DNA from: Candidatus Cloacimonadota bacterium
GTDB taxonomy: Bacteria; Cloacimonadota; Cloacimonadia; G963667145
Length of the DNA stretch: 64,000 nt
Direction of reading: 5' to 3'
Assembly (NCBI GenBank): GCA_963676615.1
Contig: OY781092.1
Coordinates: forward strand, 768,001 to 832,000
Shown: positions 1 through 9,500 of the stretch, in pieces
Numbering within the stretch: position 1 is the stretch's first letter
How the letters are laid out: each line of letters starts with the position of its first letter
Program-made: the position numbers and the translations under genes
Notes under the pieces: model-generated
What the model was told of the DNA's origin: nothing
Database searches by the model: none
The model's input: the letters and a program-made list of their open reading frames with translations, nothing else

Positions 1-493
1 CCAAAATCGTGCCGAGCGAATCCCAGCTAAAACCGACAGCGTCCGCCTTTTCCTGCATCCTACTGGCGATTATCAAAGACGGCATCCCACTAGGAATACC
101 ATCCAAAACCGATTTCCGATCCGACTTCTCCTTTCGTTTCGCCGACTCCCAGCTGAGCTTCGCGTCGTAGGCGCTAACGGCTTTATTCTCGCCAAAAACA
201 TGCGGATGCCGCCGAATCAACTTTTCTGTGATTTGCTGCACCACATCTTTTATCGTAAACTCGCCATTTTCCTGCCCAATCTGCGCTTGAAACAAAATGT
301 GCAACAAAATATCGCCGAGCTCTTCCCGCAAATTTGCCACATCGCCAGTCTCAATCGCCTCCACCGCTTCATACAGCTCCTCAATAAAATTCGGCACCAA
401 ACTCTCACGCGTCTGCTTTTTGTCCCACGGGCAACCGCCGTCGGGGTCTCGCAAACTCCGCACAACCCGAACAAGCTCGTCAAACTCTTTCAT
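1..493 (-). CDS. mazG: Nucleoside triphosphate pyrophosphohydrolase MazG (partial, runs off the window start)
   Basis: Manual minus-strand translation from ATG at 493 reads MKEFDELVRVVRSLRDPDGGCPWDKKQT...EELYE...EELGD...KLIRRHPHVFG, the hallmark MazG motifs. Not in the ORF track because it is truncated. Confidence 0.93.
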   Translation of the reverse strand, partial: MKEFDELVRVVRSLRDPDGGCPWDKKQTRESLVPNFIEELYEAVEAIETGDVANLREELGDILLHILFQAQIGQENGEFTIKDVVQQITEKLIRRHPHVFGENKAVSAYDAKLSWESAKRKEKSDRKSVLDGIPSGMPSLIIASRMQEKADAVGFSWDSLGTIL

Positions 494-500
494 CTTTTTA

Positions 501-1799
501 TCAGGGGTGCAACCTGTAAATCATTCTCGGAAACGGAATCGTCTCTCGGATATGCGAAGTGCCGCAAACCCAAGCCACAAAGCGCTCTAGCCCGATACCA
601 AAACCGCTGTGAGGCACCGAACCGTATTTGCGCAAATCCAAATACCAGCCGTAATCGTCCATCGACATATTCTCCGCCTCCATCTTCGCCTTGAGTTTTT
701 CGTAATCGACCTCTCTTTCCGAGCCGCCGATAATCTCGCCAAAACCGCCCGGCGCAAGCAAATCACTGCCCAAAACCAGCTCTGGATTTTCTGGATCTTG
801 CTTCATATAAAAAGATTTGATGCTCGCCGGCCACTTCTCGATAAACACAGGAACCACGCTGCCTTCGGTAATCGCCGCCTCCTCTTTCGCTCCAAAATCG
901 TCCTCGTAACCGACATCAAAACCTTTCGACTTCAAAATATCGATAGCTTGCCGATGCGTAATTCGCAAAAAATCTCCGCAAGCAGCTTTCAACCTTTCTG
1001 GGTCGCTCTCCAAAATCTCCAACTCCTTGGCGTTATTTTGCAAGACATCGCCAATCACCGCCTTAATCAACCCCTCTTGAATGTCCATACTCTGGCAATG
1101 CTCCACAAAAGCAGCCTCAGCATCCATCATCCAAAACTCCGTCAGATGCTTGCGTGTCTTCGATTTCTCCGCCCGAAAAACTGGTCCAAAATCGTAAACT
1201 CTGCCCAAAGCCATAATTCCCGCTTCCAAATAAAGCTGCCCACTCTGCGAAAGATACGCACTGCCTTGGTCAAAATACGGCAGCTCGAACAAAGTCGTTG
1301 TGCCCTCGCACGCATTTGGCGTGAGAATCGGCGAATCAAAGCGGAAATAATCTAGCGAGTTCAGATAGTTGCAAATGCCGAAATAGATGGTGTGCCGAAT
1401 TTTTTGCATCGCCACCTGTTTGCGAGAACGAAGCCACAAATGCCGATGCGAAAGCAAGAAATCTGCTCCGTGCTCTTTTTTACCAATCGGAAAATCTTCG
1501 CTTTTGCCCAAAAGTTTTGCGCCCGTTAGGTGAAATTCCACTTCGTCTTCATATTTGGGATGCTTTTCTGGCACGCCCGTTAGCTCCACCGAAGCCTCTA
1601 GGCTGAAAGATTTTACCACTTCAAAAGCGTCTTCGCCCATATCGGGCTTGCTCGCCACCGCCTGCACCTCTCCAAGGCCATCTCGAAACACCACAAACCG
1701 CAACTTGCTGCTGGCTTTCCGCTGATTTCGCACCCAGCCACGCAAACAAACCTCTTGTCCCAAAAAATTTTTTATCTCTTTGCTCGTTACATATCGCAT
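501..1799 (-). CDS. asnS: Asparagine--tRNA ligase
   Basis: OB-fold N-terminus (LRGWVRN), YLSQSGQLYLE, FRAEKSKTRKHLTEFWM and PHSGFGIGLER class IIb motifs. ATG at 1799 preferred over the ORF-track start at 1820. Confidence 0.95.
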   Translation of the reverse strand: MRYVTSKEIKNFLGQEVCLRGWVRNQRKASSKLRFVVFRDGLGEVQAVASKPDMGEDAFEVVKSFSLEASVELTGVPEKHPKYEDEVEFHLTGAKLLGKSEDFPIGKKEHGADFLLSHRHLWLRSRKQVAMQKIRHTIYFGICNYLNSLDYFRFDSPILTPNACEGTTTLFELPYFDQGSAYLSQSGQLYLEAGIMALGRVYDFGPVFRAEKSKTRKHLTEFWMMDAEAAFVEHCQSMDIQEGLIKAVIGDVLQNNAKELEILESDPERLKAACGDFLRITHRQAIDILKSKGFDVGYEDDFGAKEEAAITEGSVVPVFIEKWPASIKSFYMKQDPENPELVLGSDLLAPGGFGEIIGGSEREVDYEKLKAKMEAENMSMDDYGWYLDLRKYGSVPHSGFGIGLERFVAWVCGTSHIRETIPFPRMIYRLHP

Positions 1800-1913
1800 A
1801 TTCAAATCCGCCTTTTCCAAAATAATTTTCTACAACACAAATCAAAGAAGCAAGAATGTCAAGCCAGAAAATCGCCGCACGACAAAATCTCCGCTCTTTG
1901 ATCTAAAAATATT

Positions 1914-2828
1914 TTACTCTGGGAATAAAAATCGCAGCCGCTGACTTCCTTTGGCAATTCTAGGCAATTGCACCACAAAAAGCCCCAAAAGCACCAGCAA
2001 AACTCCCACGATTTTTTGCCAAGTAATCTCCTCTGCCAGCATAAAATGCGCGCCAACCATCGTTACCACGGGCATCAAGTTCAAAAACGAGTTCGTCGCC
2101 ACCGCTCCAATCTCTTTGATCAAATAGTTGTAGCCCACAAATCCCAAAATCGTCTCGAACACCAGCAGAAAAACCAGACCCTGCACTGCCTCTGGCACGA
2201 TTTTAACATCGCCAAGCGTCGGAAAATCGAAGATAAAAAATAGCGGTAAAAAATAGATAAACGCCAGCAAAAATTGGTCTCGCACCAGCTGAATAATGGG
2301 AAAATCGGTGGACAAGTTTTTCAAAATCACGACATAAACCAGCGAACTGAGCACCGCAAAAACCAGCAGAGAAATCCCTAAAATCGAGCTATGCCCAAGC
2401 CCCGAGACGCCAATAATCGTCGCGACTCCCACAAACGACACGATCAAACCCAAAAAAGAACTTTTCCGCACAGGATAACCAAAAACCAGCTTGCCCATCA
2501 GCGGCGTAAACAGTGGAATTGTGGATATAAAAATCGATGTAATCGTCGCCGAAACATATTTCAAAGCAAAACCTTCTCCCAAAAAAAACAGAAACGGGTC
2601 GCAAAAAACCAGCAAAAGCAACTGTTTGAACTTCAGACGAGTGTAGCGAGCTTTTATCCCCTTGATTTTCATCAAAATAGTCAAAGCGACAGCGCCTGCG
2701 CCGAATTTGGCGACCACCACCGTAAAAACGCCAAAGCTTAAGTAGCTCATTTTGAACCAGATATAGCCAATTCCCCAACAAAACATCACAAAAAAAGCGA
2801 CCAAAATGTGCCAAAGTTGCCTGCTCAT
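1914..2828 (-). CDS. DMT/EamA family transporter
   Basis: 304 aa, about 10 hydrophobic segments, two EamA-like halves (FCWG..., NLMPVVT...EEIT). Confidence 0.88.
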   Translation of the reverse strand: MSRQLWHILVAFFVMFCWGIGYIWFKMSYLSFGVFTVVVAKFGAGAVALTILMKIKGIKARYTRLKFKQLLLLVFCDPFLFFLGEGFALKYVSATITSIFISTIPLFTPLMGKLVFGYPVRKSSFLGLIVSFVGVATIIGVSGLGHSSILGISLLVFAVLSSLVYVVILKNLSTDFPIIQLVRDQFLLAFIYFLPLFFIFDFPTLGDVKIVPEAVQGLVFLLVFETILGFVGYNYLIKEIGAVATNSFLNLMPVVTMVGAHFMLAEEITWQKIVGVLLVLLGLFVVQLPRIAKGSQRLRFLFPE

Positions 2829-2855
2829 TTTTTCCTAAAACCTCATCTCAAAATA

Positions 2856-2897
2856 GCAACTAGCCGCATCTTGAAACTTCAAAATGCAGGCTAGCTA
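2856..2897 (-). terminator. Putative intrinsic terminator downstream of argG
   Basis: Imperfect inverted repeat ctagccgcat...atgcaggctag just past the argG stop. Confidence 0.5.
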
Positions 2898-2927
2898 CAA
2901 ATTATTTTTCGTCTAAAAAACGCAAAA

Positions 2928-4124
2928 CTATTTCTTGCTCAGCGCTTTCACCTTCATTTGCAAGCCGAAAAGATTGATAAACCCTTTGGCGTCCGCTTGG
3001 TCATAGACCGAATCTTCCTCAAAAGTCACCAACTCTTGGTCGTATAGTGAGGTCGGCGAGGTCATTCCCGCAATGGTGCAGTTGCCTTTGTAGAGTTTCA
3101 TCCGCACGACACCGTTGACATCCTCTTGCGTTTTGCTGACGAACTCCGAGAGCGACTCGCGCAAAGTGCTATACCATTTTCCGTTGTAAACAAGCTCGGC
3201 AAATCGCACCGCCAGCATCTCCTTAAAGTGCAAAGTGTCTCTGTCCAAAGTCAGATATTCCAGCTCCTGATGCGCCGTCACCAGCACGCGTCCAGCTGGA
3301 TTTTCGTAAACGCCACGAGATTTCATCCCCACAAGGCGGTTTTCCACCAAATCGTCGATACCAACGCCGTTAGCACCAGCAACTTTGTTCAAAACTTCCA
3401 CGATTTCCAGCGGCTTCAACTTTTTGCCGTCAACCGCCACTGGCAACCCTTTGACAAACTCAATCTCCACATAAGTCGGCTTGTCTGGAGCTTTCGCCGG
3501 CGGCACAGCCATCATATAGATATCGTCCAAAGGCTCGTTGTTCGGGTCTTCCAGGTCTGATCCCTCGTGCGACAAGTGCCACACATTGCGATCCATACTG
3601 TAGGGCTTCTCTTGCGAAACGGCGATTTTGATGCCCCGCTCGTTGGCATAATTGTAGGCGTCTTGGCGCGATTTAATGTCCCAAACTCGCCAAGGTGCAA
3701 TTATTTTCAGCTCTGGCGCAAGCGCTTTCACCGTCAGCTCGAACCGCACTTGGTCGTTGCCTTTGCCCGTGCAGCCGTGAGCGATATACTCCGCGCCCTC
3801 TTGCTTGGCGATTTTCACCAGCGCTTTGGCAATCACTGGTCTTGCCATTGCCGTGCCCAAAAGATATTTCCGCTCGTAAATAGCGCCCGAAGCCAAAGTC
3901 GGCCACACAAAATCTTCCACGAACTCGTCTTTCAAATCTTCCACAAAAATTTTACTCGCCCCAGAGTTAATCGCCTTTTGCTCCAGACCCTCCAATTCCT
4001 CGTCCCCTTGTCCCACATCTGCAGCCACAGCAATCACTTCTGCACCCTTGTAATTCTCTTTCAACCAAGGAATTATCACAGAGGTATCCAAACCTCCAGA
4101 ATAAGCCAATACAATTTTCATCAT
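2928..4124 (-). CDS. argG: Argininosuccinate synthase
   Basis: [50 protein letters not shown] at about 4127-4130 supports ATG at 4124 or 4121. Confidence 0.97.
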   Translation of the reverse strand: MMKIVLAYSGGLDTSVIIPWLKENYKGAEVIAVAADVGQGDEELEGLEQKAINSGASKIFVEDLKDEFVEDFVWPTLASGAIYERKYLLGTAMARPVIAKALVKIAKQEGAEYIAHGCTGKGNDQVRFELTVKALAPELKIIAPWRVWDIKSRQDAYNYANERGIKIAVSQEKPYSMDRNVWHLSHEGSDLEDPNNEPLDDIYMMAVPPAKAPDKPTYVEIEFVKGLPVAVDGKKLKPLEIVEVLNKVAGANGVGIDDLVENRLVGMKSRGVYENPAGRVLVTAHQELEYLTLDRDTLHFKEMLAVRFAELVYNGKWYSTLRESLSEFVSKTQEDVNGVVRMKLYKGNCTIAGMTSPTSLYDQELVTFEEDSVYDQADAKGFINLFGLQMKVKALSKK

Positions 4125-4137
4125 TTCTCCTAAATGT

Positions 4138-4917
4138 TTATTTATTGAATCTCGCAAAATAATTATCTATATCTTTTCTCATTTCAACACCAACTCTCTC
4201 AAAGCAATTAAGCAAGTCGTTATAAGCACCTTCACCGCCTAAAAAGTCCCAAAATTCTTCGGCAACTTTCAATTCGTTGTCCAAATCCAACATTCCTGCC
4301 ATAGTCCAACGGCTGTATGGTTTTGGTGCATAAGGATTGTAAGGAATAGCGATCAATGTGTTAATCTTTGCTTTTGGATTTTCTGCCAAAACTACTGCTG
4401 TCCATTCTAAAAGAGTTCGTTTAAACTCTTTGAAACCACCTTTGTTTGGTTTTGTTGTTTTTATATCAATCAAATAGATTTCGTTATCGTGGCTTTCCAG
4501 ATAAACATCAACTCTTGTTGGTTTCACTGTTCTCATTTCACCTTGCCGGCAAACTTTTCTGATTATTTTAATCTCTTTTTGCTTATCGGGTTTGTCATTT
4601 GCCGCAGTTAGATTATCCATAATTTTCTGGATTTCAAATTGAGCGGCTGTGCTAATTTCAGTTCCTGATTTTAGCTGTTTATCCGCAACTTTAAATCGTT
4701 CAGAAGCTAATGCAACTGCAACAGGTTCAAAAATTGTAGTCCCAAAGTTCGTGTTTAGAGAGTGAATAAAAGCATAAAGAGCCAATCTGTCTTTTCCTAA
4801 AAGTCTTGTGTGAAAAGGCATTACCGCTGGTTCTGGGTTGTAGGTTTCAAACCGCTTGTGTAAACTATTTCGGATTGTATTTTCTACTAATTCTATTTGA
4901 TTTTTTGTTAAGGACAT
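4138..4917 (-). CDS. Type II restriction endonuclease, TdeIII/MjaII-like family (GGNCC specificity by family analogy)
   Basis: [28 protein letters not shown], a PD-(D/E)xK-like VDVYL...IDIKT.KPN core and YNPYAP...FWDFLGG, all typical of RE_TdeIII proteins. Lies in the same cassette as an N4-C methyltransferase. Confidence 0.85.
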   Translation of the reverse strand: MSLTKNQIELVENTIRNSLHKRFETYNPEPAVMPFHTRLLGKDRLALYAFIHSLNTNFGTTIFEPVAVALASERFKVADKQLKSGTEISTAAQFEIQKIMDNLTAANDKPDKQKEIKIIRKVCRQGEMRTVKPTRVDVYLESHDNEIYLIDIKTTKPNKGGFKEFKRTLLEWTAVVLAENPKAKINTLIAIPYNPYAPKPYSRWTMAGMLDLDNELKVAEEFWDFLGGEGAYNDLLNCFERVGVEMRKDIDNYFARFNK

Positions 4918-6608
4918 TATTTTTTACTTATATTTTCTATTAATCTTGTTGTTTTAGGTGAAGAATAAAACCCTCTTCTTTCAAATAGATAATCTTCACT
5001 CTCAACAAAAGAATTTGTTGAAGTAAAAATACTTTTTGCATTCTCTTCAATAGACAAATATTTTACTTTTTCTTCTGTTGTAATTTTATTTTCTTTTTCC
5101 AAAAACAAATTACATGTAAGCAATAAATGCATATCCATCGTTTTAGATCTTAATAAAAGATCTTTGGAAAGTGAAAATTTGTTTAACCAATAATATAAAA
5201 TACCGCAGTAATAATAATCAATAACATTATTTGCATTGATATTAAATATTTTCTTTTTAGCTTGATATTCATTTATTTTCTTGATTGCGTTACTTTTCAT
5301 TTTATGTGGTTCTTTTAAAAAAACAGACACATAAATTTTTGCTAAATTTTCAATATTAATCTTTTTATATGGATGTGTTATGTTTGAGTATTGCCCTCTA
5401 AGTCTTTCAAAATAGAGCTTTAAATAATCTGTACCTTGAAAATATTGTTCTATTTCTTCATGAAATTCATTTAAAGATTGCAGATCCTTATCTATTGAGT
5501 TTTGATTATTTGCAGCAAAAATAATTTGCTTTTTCAACTCATTATTTTCAGTTGCGATAACTTTGGCTATTACCTCGATGTCTTCAAGTTTATCTGGTGT
5601 CTTTTTATATTGATCATACAATATATGAGTTGTTTGACAACCATTTATTATTCTAGGATATTTTAATATATACTCATTTTCTTTAACCGTATGTCTTTCC
5701 ATACTATCACATAATATTGTCAAACCATTGTTTAAATAAATAAAATATGGATTATACCTCTCATTTTTAATGGTTTTTCTAATATCATTATTCACATTTG
5801 TATCCCCCAAGTGTGCTCTTGGATTTTCAACAAAAAGCCTCTCTTTTATATTATCATCATTTGTTAAAATCATTTTCTTTAATTCAGAAAATTTTATTGC
5901 TGATAATAGACTAATTTTAACATCATTTTTATCTTCTAATTGAATGCTTTTGTAAAAATTTAAAGAAATAGTATGATATTTTGCAATTTTATCATACTGC
6001 TCTTTTATTTCATCTTTTTGCCAAAAATAAATGTTGTCTAAATTGTATTTATTTGATAATTCTCTACGATTATTTAATTTACTTTTTTCATTATTCAAAA
6101 ACAATTCCGTTAAGGAATGAGATGTTTTTGCAGATAAAAAATACAATGATATTAAAGGTGTTTCGGCTAAATTATCAATATAATCACCCTCTTCACTTAA
6201 CAATTTGTTCAAAATTGTTGAAAAAGGTTCTATTTGAAATTTATTAGATAAGAAGTTGATAACTGTATCAACAAATGATTGGAATTTTTGCTCAGAAAAA
6301 CTATTTTGTATTGTTGATTGAATAAAACCAATTTTAACTTTTAGTTTTTCACTATCCCCTAATTTTTCTAAATCAATTTCTTCAACAATTAATCGCTCAT
6401 TAACAAAAATTCCAATTCCATCAATTCCCTGCGCTTTATTAGTTGAAACTTTATTTACATCTTCGAGTTCATCTTCTAATAATGTTGATATAACAACATA
6501 GTTTGAAAAATCTTCAAATACGCCTGCATTATTAGTCCCATCTAAATTAAATTTTTCGCAAAATGCATTTATTTTTGAATTAAGCCCAATATCAAAATTT
6601 TGTGCCAT
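4917..6608 (-). CDS. AIPR family (abortive infection phage resistance) protein
   Basis: GIDGI N-terminal motif and LFVENPR..LG, YLNNGLTILC, IINGCQTT, ANNQN motifs of the AIPR domain. AT-rich. Its stop overlaps the REase start (TAATG). Confidence 0.88.
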   Translation of the reverse strand: MAQNFDIGLNSKINAFCEKFNLDGTNNAGVFEDFSNYVVISTLLEDELEDVNKVSTNKAQGIDGIGIFVNERLIVEEIDLEKLGDSEKLKVKIGFIQSTIQNSFSEQKFQSFVDTVINFLSNKFQIEPFSTILNKLLSEEGDYIDNLAETPLISLYFLSAKTSHSLTELFLNNEKSKLNNRRELSNKYNLDNIYFWQKDEIKEQYDKIAKYHTISLNFYKSIQLEDKNDVKISLLSAIKFSELKKMILTNDDNIKERLFVENPRAHLGDTNVNNDIRKTIKNERYNPYFIYLNNGLTILCDSMERHTVKENEYILKYPRIINGCQTTHILYDQYKKTPDKLEDIEVIAKVIATENNELKKQIIFAANNQNSIDKDLQSLNEFHEEIEQYFQGTDYLKLYFERLRGQYSNITHPYKKINIENLAKIYVSVFLKEPHKMKSNAIKKINEYQAKKKIFNINANNVIDYYYCGILYYWLNKFSLSKDLLLRSKTMDMHLLLTCNLFLEKENKITTEEKVKYLSIEENAKSIFTSTNSFVESEDYLFERRGFYSSPKTTRLIENISKK

Positions 6609-6611
6609 TAT

Positions 6612-8189
6612 TTACTTTTCCTTTAAATGAAATATTATTTCAGCATACGCCGATTTATCTTTTTCTGTTCTGTTTAAAACAGGTCTTTTATATTGATTTA
6701 CAATTTGCATTCCCGCTTTCTCGGCTATTGTCGGATACATATTATATTTATCATTCGCAACAAGGAAAATATCGAAATCGTCTTGTAAATATTTTTTTGA
6801 GTTGATTAAAACTTGTGAAATTCCTTCGATATATGAATTTCTGGCTTGTATTCCTTGTCCTTTAAATAACGGACCGATTTCTAATTCGTCATTTCGCTCA
6901 AAACCAAATAAATCATAAGCGTATGCGTGCTGTTCGTGGTAATCGATCAATCCAACATATGGCGGACTCGAAAAAATCCCTTTTATTTTTTTTTCTCTAA
7001 CTAAGTTAGCAAATTCTAAACTTCTTACCTCAAGCTCCGAAATAATATCAATATTTCTCGAATCGCCCTGTAAACATAATTGGCTTGTATTTGTCCGCAA
7101 CTCTTTAAATTTTTGCAACCGCTTGACCGTATCTTTGCTATATCTTTCCCACCACGACAATATCGAAAATAGCGGTTTACAAATCTTCCCATGCTTTTTG
7201 CAATAATAAGTTTTGGTAACAGGCTCCTTTAATGTTGCCAAATCAGCGTGTGTCGTCGCTCTGCAAGATCTCATTGTCCGGCTCAATATAACAATCAAAG
7301 CATTTTTAACAGTACTATCATCTATATTTTTTATCTTTTCAAAAATAAAATCAATCTCTTTTTTAACAGGATCCAAATACCATTTTGTAAGAAAACAAAC
7401 ATTTCCATCCTGTTTAATTTTGAGTTTATATTTTTTTTGTAAGTTGTCAAAAATAAGAGCAAACTCTTTTTCTTTCGCCGCAGAATAACACTTTTCATCT
7501 ATCTCTTTTCGTCTAACTTTTATTTTATATTCTGGAGCTGGAAAATATTTTTTATTAAAAATATTTAACTCTTCAAGCAACTCTTTTTCAAAATCTAAAT
7601 TACTATTTTTTGAAACATTTTCTTTAAAAGAGATGGTTATATTTTTTATCTCCTTCTCAAGTTTTTCGATATCAACATCCCTAATTTTCACATTAGAAAT
7701 CATCACATTAAAAGCAGAAATATCAATACCTATCGCATTTAGTTCGAGCTCATTTGCTTGCACCATAGTCGTTCCACTTCCAGAAAAAGGGTCTAAAACA
7801 ATATCCCCTTTTTTAAAGCAAATTTCTTTTTTAAAAGAATCTATATGATCATCTAAAAAATATTCCACTAATTGTGGTATAAATTTTCCTTTATACGGAT
7901 GCAATCTATGAACATGCTTTGTTGTGTCTCTTTCCTTTAAATTATCAAAAGACAAATTCCAATTTAAATCACTTCCAAGCTTTTTGCGCCAATCTTTCTC
8001 ACGACGCCCACTAAAGCTATCATAATACCTTAGCAAATCATATTTATCAACAGAAGTGTTCCCGTTTTCTCCATATTTACGAACACGACCATACTGAACT
8101 AAGTAGGAAATATTGGAAACAGTAACATCTTTTTTTAAATAATCGCTCGCCCACTGGCTAGCCTCTTTCAAACTTAGTAAATTTTTCAT
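6612..8189 (-). CDS. N4-cytosine DNA methyltransferase (motif I before motif IV, M.MjaII-like) with an N-terminal HTH-like segment
   Basis: LHPYKGKFIPQL, DPFSGSGTT (motif I) and SSPPY (motif IV). N-terminal LSLKEASQWAS...NISYLVQYGRV. Confidence 0.9.
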   Translation of the reverse strand: MKNLLSLKEASQWASDYLKKDVTVSNISYLVQYGRVRKYGENGNTSVDKYDLLRYYDSFSGRREKDWRKKLGSDLNWNLSFDNLKERDTTKHVHRLHPYKGKFIPQLVEYFLDDHIDSFKKEICFKKGDIVLDPFSGSGTTMVQANELELNAIGIDISAFNVMISNVKIRDVDIEKLEKEIKNITISFKENVSKNSNLDFEKELLEELNIFNKKYFPAPEYKIKVRRKEIDEKCYSAAKEKEFALIFDNLQKKYKLKIKQDGNVCFLTKWYLDPVKKEIDFIFEKIKNIDDSTVKNALIVILSRTMRSCRATTHADLATLKEPVTKTYYCKKHGKICKPLFSILSWWERYSKDTVKRLQKFKELRTNTSQLCLQGDSRNIDIISELEVRSLEFANLVREKKIKGIFSSPPYVGLIDYHEQHAYAYDLFGFERNDELEIGPLFKGQGIQARNSYIEGISQVLINSKKYLQDDFDIFLVANDKYNMYPTIAEKAGMQIVNQYKRPVLNRTEKDKSAYAEIIFHLKEK

Positions 8190-8201
8190 AATCAAAATAA
8201 A

Positions 8202-9077
8202 CTAGCCCAAATCTTCTCGAATCATCGTTCCGATGCCGTTGTCGGTGAAAATCTCCAAAAGCATCGAATGCTCCAGCCTGCCATCGATTATGTGGACCTG
8301 TTTCACGCCGCCAGCAATCGCTCTTTTGCAACATTCAACTTTGGGAATCATTCCCCCAGAAATCACGCCAGAAGCGATCATCTGGTCGATCATCGTCGGC
8401 GTCAACCGAGAGACAAACTCATCGCCGTTATAAACGCCCTCGATGTCGGTCAGCAGCAAAAATTTATCCGCCTTCAGCGCCGCCGCCACTTCCGCCGCAG
8501 CCGTATCAGCGTTGATGTTATAAGTGTTTTGCTGCTCATCCACACCCACTGGAGCCACCACCACCACAAATCCGTCGTCCAAAAGATTTTCCAGAGTCTT
8601 CGTCTTCACCTGCGTAATCTCGCCAACAAAACCCAAATCGACGACCTCATCGCCAGACTTCATCAGCTTTTTTTTCGCCCGAATGAAGCTATCGTCCTTG
8701 CCAGAAAGCCCGATAGCAGAGCCGCCGTGAAAATTCAGCCCCGCGACAATCTCCTTGTTCACTTTTCCCGAAAGCACCATCTCCACCACATCCATCGCCT
8801 GCCTCGTAGTCTTCCGAAGCCCGTTAACAAACTCGCTCTTTATCTGCATTTTATCCAAATAGCTGGCAATCTCCGGGCCACCTCCATGTACCACCACGAC
8901 TCGCATTCCCACAAAACGCATCAGCACCAAATCCATCACCACAGCCTCTTTCGACTTCTGGTCAACCATCGCATTTCCGCCGTATTTCACCACCACCGTC
9001 TTGCCACGAAACCGCTTGATATAAGGCAACGCCTCGATCAAAGTCGCCGCTTTTTGCTTCGCTCTCGTCAAATCCAT
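8202..9077 (-). CDS. argB: Acetylglutamate kinase
   Basis: VVKYGGNAM, VHGGGPEI, NINADTAA, GGMIPKV. Confidence 0.97.
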   Translation of the reverse strand: MDLTRAKQKAATLIEALPYIKRFRGKTVVVKYGGNAMVDQKSKEAVVMDLVLMRFVGMRVVVVHGGGPEIASYLDKMQIKSEFVNGLRKTTRQAMDVVEMVLSGKVNKEIVAGLNFHGGSAIGLSGKDDSFIRAKKKLMKSGDEVVDLGFVGEITQVKTKTLENLLDDGFVVVVAPVGVDEQQNTYNINADTAAAEVAAALKADKFLLLTDIEGVYNGDEFVSRLTPTMIDQMIASGVISGGMIPKVECCKRAIAGGVKQVHIIDGRLEHSMLLEIFTDNGIGTMIREDLG

Positions 9078-9092
9078 AATTTTTTCAAACCT

Positions 9093-9494
9093 TTATAAAT
9101 TGTTGCCTGTCCGATAGATAAGCGCCGTCTGTCCATCCAACTGCGTGCCAAAACCTTTTTTCCCGAAAATATTCGGGCGATTGGTAATCGTCAGCACCTC
9201 GTAAATCCCTTTCGCTTTCGCAGTGTCCAAACATTTTTGCAAAAGCTCGCTGGCAACACCTTTTCCCTGATATTCGGGCAAAACCGCCATCGAACGAATC
9301 TCCGCCAATTTCTGATTATACACCGCAAGCGCACAGCACGCAACTACTTGACCTGCAACATCTTCCACCCAAAACTCGTCAACGCACGCTCGCAAATCTT
9401 CCCGACTCCGCGGCAGCAAAATCCCGTAGTCGTTGGCAGTGCGAATAATCGCGTAAATCGCGTCCACATCCGCCAGCGTCGCCTTCCGTATCAT
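9093..9494 (-). CDS. GNAT N-acetyltransferase, probable short ArgA-type N-acetylglutamate synthase
   Basis: IRKATLADV...LLPRS...LAEIRSMAVLPEYQGKGVA. Located between argJ and argB. Confidence 0.8.
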   Translation of the reverse strand: MIRKATLADVDAIYAIIRTANDYGILLPRSREDLRACVDEFWVEDVAGQVVACCALAVYNQKLAEIRSMAVLPEYQGKGVASELLQKCLDTAKAKGIYEVLTITNRPNIFGKKGFGTQLDGQTALIYRTGNNL

Positions 9495-9500
9495 TTTGCG

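Larger units (their letters stand above)
4131..8200. mobile_element. AT-rich defence islet (MTase-AIPR-REase) inserted between argB and argG
   Basis: Abrupt shift to AT-rich composition between two arg genes. No integrase or flanking repeat seen. Confidence 0.7.

Noticed and set aside
4131..8200. Target-site duplication around the RM-AIPR islet
   Set aside because: No matching repeat was found by eye at the argB and argG junctions.
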